Translations under genes and position numbers: made by a program | IMG/VR virus record: IMGVR_UViG_3300005611_000001 | Direction: 5' to 3' (one strand) | Source of the DNA: a virus | Taxonomy: Duplodnaviria > Caudoviricetes | DNA length: 64,000 bases | The notes under the pieces: generated by a model | Told to the model about the DNA's origin: nothing | The model's input: the letters and a program-made list of their open reading frames with translations, nothing else | Database searches by the model: none | Shown: positions 20,112-29,100 of the stretch, piece after piece | How the letters are laid out: the number at the start of each line of letters is the position of its first letter | How positions within the stretch are numbered: position 1 is the stretch's first letter

Positions 20112-23100
20112 ATGCCAGTACGCCCACTAAAACACTTAAATGCAGGCGCGCTCAAAGAACTTCTGATTTCTGAAGAAGATTATCTTGCATATCGTGCCGG
20201 TGTTCATTTAGGTAAAATGAACATCGAAAGCGCTGCTGCATTGTCGCAAGACACGCGCGGCGAATTAGTGGGTATTTTCGAAGATACTTTCTATGGTTCT
20301 GGTTCTGGACCAGTGACAGGGCAGACATATGCTAGAGCATATTCTGTCACACATCTTTCTGATCAGTCTAGTGCGCATCAGGTCACAATTGAAGAGCCTA
20401 TAACACCTTTACCATCAACAGTAAATGTTAACGATTCGCTTGCAATTACTGTGTCTGGTAATGCGATTAGCACTGGTACTGGATATGAAGAAATTGAATA
20501 TCAGCTAGGCTTGTCTGGTACTGCAAGCTATAGCATTACAAGTGTATCTACAACACCTGCAGCAACAAACGTTGCTGGTCTTCAAGCTTCTTGGGAAGAT
20601 TATGCGACCGGAAGTCTTTCTGGTTCGTATGAAGCGACGTTTACTATTCAATTTACAGCTTCTGGTACCGTTAACGTTACGCTGAACGCATCTTCTACTG
20701 ACATAGAAAACGCTGCTCCTGGTGCTTCTGACAGTCATAACTTTTCTACAATAAGTGTACAGCCAGGTGTTCAACCAATCGCGCTTGGTACTGTCAGCGA
20801 AATTTATCAAAACAAAGTTGAAGACTATCCTCTTGATTTGACGAACAATCTCGTTCGCAACCCTTTCTATTGGGATACCTCTAGAAATGGTTTGAAAGAA
20901 ATGAGTGGCGCTGAGCTTGATGTTGTGTGCGAGCGTCTTGTTAAGAAAATCATGGCAAATGAAATGCCAGGTTCTTTCAGACTTTCTGCGTTTTCTCCTG
21001 GTGCTGATTGGCAAGTTTTTCTAGAAGATGTCTTCACTGATACCAGAGGTGACGGTACTACTTTCGACTATTCTATTTGGATTAGAACAAGTGGAACTGC
21101 ACCAACTCCTGTTAAACCAGTAGGTCCTGTCCGCACAAATAATATTTTCTCAGGAATTCGTGAATTAAGCGATCTTGAAACAGAATACACTTTCGGCGAA
21201 AGAATGAAGAAAGTGATTATGGACACTGGGATCGGCACATATGAAATGCGAAAGTCTGGTGACGGTCCTCCTACCGCACCAGGCACTTGGGTCGCAAGAG
21301 GTAGTGCTGTAGATACTCGTCAATCGTTTGCTGCTGGCGCTTCATACGAAGGCACTTCAACTTATGAAGTCCCTTATAATACTGATTATGCAGGAACTTA
21401 CACTGGTGATTATTCTGGGAATTATACTCCAAATTATGAAGGAACTTATGTAAACGAGTATTCTCCTCAGTATACAGATTCTTATACTGGCGATTATACT
21501 GGTGATTATACTGGAACGTTTGAAGGTGATTATGTAGAAACCTACACTGGTAATTTCTTGCAACAGTATACACAAGATTATACTGGTGATTATGTTGGCT
21601 CTTACACACCAACTTATGCTGGTACTGACATTGAAGAGCCATATACAACACCGTACGAAGGTCTAGAATCCGAAGAACAGTACACTGTAGATTTTGAGAC
21701 AGCAAACTATACCGGGAACTTTATCGAAGAATATTCTGGTGATTTCACTACGAATTACACAGGCGATTATGTTGCTACATACGTTGAAGAATTGTATGCA
21801 GGTAATTACGTCTCTGAATATACTGGTGATTATGAGTCACCATACACAGGCAACTTCTTAGAGACTTACGTCGATGATCAGTATACAGGCAACTATGAGT
21901 CTGACTATACTGGTGACTATGAATCTGCTTATACTGGAGATTTCACAGAAACGTATGTCGACGATCAGTACACGGGAGATTTTCTTCAGGAATATACTGG
22001 TGACTTTCTAACACAATATGTTGGTGATTTTCTTGAGACTTATGTTCAAGAGCAATATACTGGTGATTTTTCTGACACATACACTGACGACTTGTACACT
22101 GGTAATTTCTTAGAAAATTACACTGGTGATTATGAGTCTAATTACGCAACACAGTTTCAAGAGACCTATGTTGATGATCAGTACACAGGTAACTTCTTAG
22201 AAAACTACACTGGTGATTACGAGTCTGATTACACTGGTGATTTTACCGAAAATTATATTGACGATACTTACATCGGCAATTTTACCGAAGTATACACTGG
22301 TGATTATGTATCTGCATACGCTGGTGATTATATATCGAACTACATTGATGATCAATATACAGGAAATTATATTGACGCTTACACCGGCGACTTTACTGTA
22401 GTTTACAGTGGTGACTTCGAAACAAACTATGTCGATGAAATATATGCCGGTAACTTTGTAGAAGTTTACTCAGGTGATTTTACCGATAGCTATATTACAA
22501 GCTATGTCGAGACATATCTTCAAGCAGACTATACTGGTAATTATCAGTCTCCATATACTGGCGATTTCATCGAGACTTACACTGGCAACTTTGAGACGAA
22601 TTACACTCAAGAAATTTATTCTGGTGACTTTGAATCTACCTATGCTGGCGACTATGAATCTACATACACTGGTAATTATACCAGTGATTATGAAGTTGCG
22701 CCATATACAGGTGATTATCTAACAGACTACACCGGCGACTTCATCGAAACTTATACTGGTGAATTCATCGAAAACTATGTCGATGATCAGTATTCTGGTG
22801 ACTATGAATCTGCGTACACTGGTGATTTTCTTGAAACATATACTGGTGATTTTGCTCAAAACTTTATTGATGCAGTCTATACTGGTGATTACGAGTCTCC
22901 ATACACTGGCGATTTTACAGAATCGTTCGAAGGTCAATACACCGGTGATTATGAATCGTCATACACAGGTAACTTCTTAGAGACATATAGTGGTGATTAT
23001 GTAACCTCTTTTGCTGGTAATTATATCACTGATTATACAGTAGATTACACTGGTAATTTCATTGAAGAATATATCGACGATATTTACACTGGCGACTACG

Positions 23101-26100
23101 AGTCTGTGTATAGTGGCGATTTTGTTCAGTCGTTTGAAGGGCAGTATACTGGTAACTTCTTAGAAATTTATTCTGGCAATTTTGAGACAGTTTACTCAGG
23201 AGATTTCACTGAAACTTTTGAGGGGCAATACACTTCGTCTTACGAAATTGACTATACTGGTAACTTCCTAGAAGAGTATGTTGATGATCAGTATACAGGC
23301 AACTATGTTTCTGAATATACTGGCGATTTTCTTACGGACTACACTGGTAACTTTGTTGAAAATTATATCGATGGTGTTTATCAGAGCGATTACGAACAAA
23401 CTTATACAAACGAATTCGGTACAAATTATACTGGTGATTTCTTAGACACTTACATCAGCGATAACTACGAATCTTCTTACGATACAAACTACCAAGACAG
23501 TCTCTACGCTAGCCAATATACACAAGAGTATACAGGCGATTATAATCAGGCTTACATTCTAATTTTCCAAGAAGCGTATGCTCAAGCTGAACTAACATAT
23601 AGCAGCTACGAAGGTGCTGCAACATACACTGGCGATTATCTTTCGGATTATCAGTTTGATTATGAAAGAAGATATGAAAGCACCTTTACTACAATTTATA
23701 ATTCAGAACAATATGAAGCGACATTTGACAATCCCACTCCCTACGAGACTCTTTACAACACGCCTGAAGTTTACTCGCAAGGATATGTCGAAGAATACGT
23801 TGGAACTGTCACAACAGCTTATGGCGGTTCTGATTATGTTCAAGATTTTCAAGGCGGAGGTTACACAACTGGTGATCAAGATGACGTAGATACTACCACT
23901 TATTTTAGAGGTGATGTAGAGATTTACGTTGGTGATTATCTTGGATCAGGATATTACGAACAGAATTATCAGCAAGGTGATGGTAATTATGTTAATAGTC
24001 AGTATCTGCCTCCGAATACTCCCCCAGGTGTTGCCCCAAATCTCGCGGCTGGCGGCATAACATATGTCGCTGGGACAGGTGATGGAAATATTTATGCGCA
24101 AACTTATCAAAGCCCGAGCACCAGTTCGGGCGCTGACAACTTTCTAAACACTGACTATTATCTTGGCGGTGTGTCTTACGTCCACGGCTATGTGCCTGGT
24201 GGGGATGATAATTTTATAAATTATACCTCAGGGGTGCCCGTCGCTCCAGATCGTGGAACGGTTTATTATGGTCCTAGTGGCAGTTATTCCGGCGAGAGGT
24301 CAATTGACTACACAGGAACACTTTCAGGCAGTTATCAAGCTGATTATATATTCTTCTCTATATCATATACTGGGCCTACTGGTTCTTATGTTGGTGGTGG
24401 CTACGAAGAAGTATATATTTCAGAAGGCGATCCTATAATAGTGACCGGCGAACCTACTGGGTATTCAGGTCCCTTGACTGGCGATCCTGGATATCCTACC
24501 GTCACAACTTTCACAGGACCTGAAACTCTAAGTGATGATGTGGCAGTTGGTTATGTCCCTTCATATGTAGGAACTTATACACCAGCAGATTACATAGGTA
24601 CTTATGTCGGAGGTTTCGAAAGCCCAGATGCTTTAGGTTATACTGGTGATTATACTGGCAATTATGATGCTGACATCTATTCTCAGTTTTTTGAGTCCGG
24701 GCTCTTCTCTCTTGATGATATTTATGAAGGTGTGATTTATAGCCCGAATGTTTATATAGAAGGCGGCCGCGGGCCTAACCAACTTGGTATCCCGCAATTG
24801 CTCGGGACCTTCTATTATGGACCGCAAGGTGTATTTACTGTAGCATACTTAGGTCCTTTAGGTTGGTTTATTGGGTCAAACCCTGCTTTTTACATTGGTC
24901 CTTATGTGGATACTTATGAAACATTATTTGCAGAAAGAAGTAATGTATACGAACAATCTTATCAAGATGGTTACTTAGACAGCAGCTATCAAGGGGAAAA
25001 TTTCGAAAGCGGGGATGTTTTCGAAGCTCCTCCTTATTCTGGAGATGCCGCCAACTATTTTGGCATCGTCCCCGGGGGCGCCACCGTTAATTATATAACC
25101 AACCCGACTTATGGTGCTTTTCCCGATGGCGGACCCGACGCTGGATATCTCTCACTAGGTGCAGCATTTACTGACGCTATACCCTATACGTCTGGTTATA
25201 CAGACGATCTTCAACCAGGAGACGGTCAAGATAACGTCTATCTGTCTGGTTATGGCGGTGGTTATGAGACTTCAAATGAAGTTTACCAGGGTAATCTCGG
25301 CAATACTTATACAGTTATTAACGAGTATATTGGTGATTATCTCACTGGTGGTTTTATTGCGACTTTTTCCATTAGAGAACAATCGTATGGAGGTTATGAA
25401 GGATATGAAGGTAGCTATCTTGCACCTCCAATTACCACCTATTATGGTCCTTTTGGGAGCTTCGGCGCGCTTTCAGTGTATCAAGGCGTTCCCGCTTATA
25501 CTACAGGATATAGTTACCCCGACTCAATAGATTATTTGGGTTCGTATGTAGGTCCTCCCTCTACTTATTATGGTCCTGGCGGGGGTTTTAGTACACCTCC
25601 TTATGAAGCTGGTAGTACAGACCTTGAAACTTTTGCGGGGACATATGGTTCTGGCGGTGATACAACTGTATATGTCGGTCCAGGTAATCCATATGAAAGT
25701 CAAAACTTATATACTCAAAATTCATATGAAGGACCTGACCAACTTTTTGGGGCGAAGGGATTTGCTACACCTTATAGTGGTTTTGAAAACCAAACTACTT
25801 ATTACGGGCCTCTGCAATATTATATTGGGGGCGAGGAGATCATACTTCCTGGTGATATTATAATACCCGGGCAGCTGCCCGAGGTTGAGCCTCCAGCGTC
25901 TGGTACGACAGACGGTATTGCTTTTGTCGGTGATCTTGCACCAGTTACTTATGGTGCTCATTATATAAATGAAGGCCCTATAACGTATGAAGGCCCTAAA
26001 CTTTTAAATTCGAGTGGAATTTATGCAGGACCAGGCAATTTTGTGGGACCTATAGTTTATATAGGGCTTGTTTACTATGGTCCCGCCGGACAGTTCGCCG

Positions 26101-29100
26101 CTGGGACTGTGTATTCAAGTGACACGAATTATCTAGGTGAGTCTTTTGCTGTTGAATATCTTAGTGACTCATATGTAGATTATTTGACGCCCGGGCCCGC
26201 GGTAGCAAATTACAGTGGTCCTATCGGCACGTATTCCGGTAATATTGCCTATGCGGGCGCTGGGTTCATTGCTTATGAAGGTACCGATTACATTTCAGAT
26301 CACTATATCGATCCTTATGTCTCAACATATGTTAGCGATATAGTTACTCTTTATCTTGGACTTCATGATGGATCTTATTCAAGAAGCTATGTAGGAACTT
26401 ATATAGATGGGTCTGAATCTGGAGAATACATTTCAGAAGAATATGTCGGTACAGGCGACGCTTATCTAGGAAAAGTGACAATCGGACAGTTTGAAGGTGG
26501 TGGCTTCGTTGGTGGTGTCGAAGATCCATACGTTGTTTCTTATGACGAAGCAAATGCTGAAGAATTGTACACAGTTACTTATGAAGCTCAAGAGCTTGAA
26601 ACGTTTACGACTGCAGAATATGAAATAGGGCCCTTTCATCAGATCGAACAATGGCCTGATTATATGGGCCCATTGTCGGATCTTGAAGTTACATACACGG
26701 AAATATTAGGTTATTCAGAGATATACGGAAATACTTATGCTGGCGGTATTGTTAGCACATACACTCCTGCGGGCACAACTTATACAGGTAATTATACAAC
26801 ACCTGTACCTCGAGGTGTAGGAGATTATATTTTTGGTACAGCTAGTTATGATAACCAAGCATATCTTAGCCCCTTTCCTCAAGTCACCTATGTAGGTCCA
26901 ACGGGAATCTTTACAGCTGTTACTGATTATCAAGCTGGCTATGTTGGATTCATTCAAGCTAACTATGGTGGTTACTTAAGACAAATAGTGGGTCCTCCAA
27001 CTTTGGGCGATTATGCCACTAATTTTACTGCTGGTGTTTACGAACAAACATTTTCTTCTGGTCCTTATATCACAGAAGCGAATATTGTTTTCGAACAATC
27101 ATATGTGACGCTTCTAGATGCTGATTACCAGACTGCATACACAGGAACGTTTGCTGCAAACTATGAAGCAACTTATATTGGTGATTATCTAACAGATTAT
27201 GTTAGTGCAACAGGAAAAAATGTTGTCTACACTGGTAATTTTGTTGTCGATTACCTGACAGATTCTTATATCACAGATTACGAGCAAGAAGTTCCTGTCG
27301 ATCAATACGGCGGCGAATATTCAGAGACATATGAGTCTGATTATGAGGGTACTTATTCTGGCACTTATACTTCAGGGTATGAGGGAATCTATACTGGTAA
27401 CTTCACAGTAACATATTCTGGCGACTACATTACCGATTACATTGAAATTTACAGCGGCGATTTTGAAGGTCAATACACCGGTGACTTCTTAGACACCTAT
27501 ACTGGTAACTTCACTGATAGTTACGCTTCTGATTACGAAGATGTGTTTGAAGGTCAATACACTGGTGATTTCCTTGAAACGTTCACTGACTCTTTTGAAG
27601 ATATTTATGTTCAAGAGCAATACACCGGTAACTTCTTAGAAAACTATACTGGTGATTATGTTTCTGATTACACTGGTGATTATGAGTCTGATTACGTTGA
27701 CGATCAGTATAGCGGAAACTATGTTTCTGACTACACTGGTAACTTCTTGCAGAACTTCCTTGGTACTTACACTGGTGATTTCCTTCAAGTTTATACAGGA
27801 AATTATGAAACGGATTATGAGCAAGACGTTTATGCTGGTAATTACATTTCCGATTACACTGGTGATTTTGTAAATACTTACACTGGTAACTTTGTCGAAA
27901 ATTATGTTGACGATTTGTACACTGGTAACTTCTTAGAAGAATACGTTGGTAACTTTACTGACAACTTTGAAGGGCAGTATACTGGTGAATATCAATCTGA
28001 TTATATCGGTAACTTTGTTGAAGAATATGTTGGCAACTTCTTAGATACGTTCGAAGGTCAATACACCGGCGATTATGCTAGCGACTATGAAGGTAACTAT
28101 ACTTCGGATTACGAGACAAATTACGAAGTCACTTTCTTGGGTGTTTACTCCGGCGATTTCTTGGCGAGCTATACCGGCAACTTCATTGAAGAATATACTG
28201 GTAACTTCATAGCGCCGTTTGAAGGTCAATATACAGGTGACTATGTAGACGAATATTCTGGTAATTTTGTCGAAGAATATATCGGCGATTTCCTTGACAT
28301 TTTTGCTGGTCAGTATACCGGTGATTATGTTGATCAGTACACTGGCAACTTCATTGAAGAATACACTGGTGATTTTGTTGACGACTTTGAAGGTAGCTAT
28401 ACCGGCAATTATGTTTCTGATTACACTGGTAACTTTACTCAGAACTACACTGGTGACTTCACAGAAATCTTCGAAGGGCAGTATAGCGGCAACTATGTTT
28501 CTGGATATGAAGGCAACTTCATTGAAGAATACACTGGTGACTTTACTGACAACTTTGAAGGGCAGTATACAGGCAACTTCTTAGACACCTACACTGGAAA
28601 CTATACCGAAGAGTACACTGGTGACTTCACAGAAGTCTTTGAAGGGCAATATGCTACTGACTATGAAAGCGAATACACTGGTAACTTCGAAACAATCTAC
28701 ACTGGCGACTTTACCGATAACTTCCTGGGTGAATATACTGGTGAATTCCAAGATACTTTTGAAGGTCAGTACAGTGCAGAATTTACTGAAATTTACGAAG
28801 GACCCTTCGTACTAGTTTACACTGGTGATTTCGAAGAGCCTTATGAAGGGCTTTACACAGGCGATTTCATCGACAACTACAGTGGTGAATATGCGTCGGA
28901 TTACACTGGTGACTTCACTGCTCAGTTCGAAGGTCAATACACAGGTAACTTTGTAGTTGAATACACAGGTAACTTTATCGATCAGTATTCGGGCGACTTC
29001 ACAGAAACATTTGAAGGTCAGTACGTTGATCAATATCTGACTGATTATGTTGCTGAGTTTGTTGACACTTTCGCAGCACCGCAATATACAGGCGATTACG

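Noticed and set aside
23660-27127. Diversity-generating retroelement target region
   Set aside because: No reverse transcriptase, and no template/variable repeat pair differing only at adenines, is visible in this window. It cannot be excluded elsewhere in the genome.
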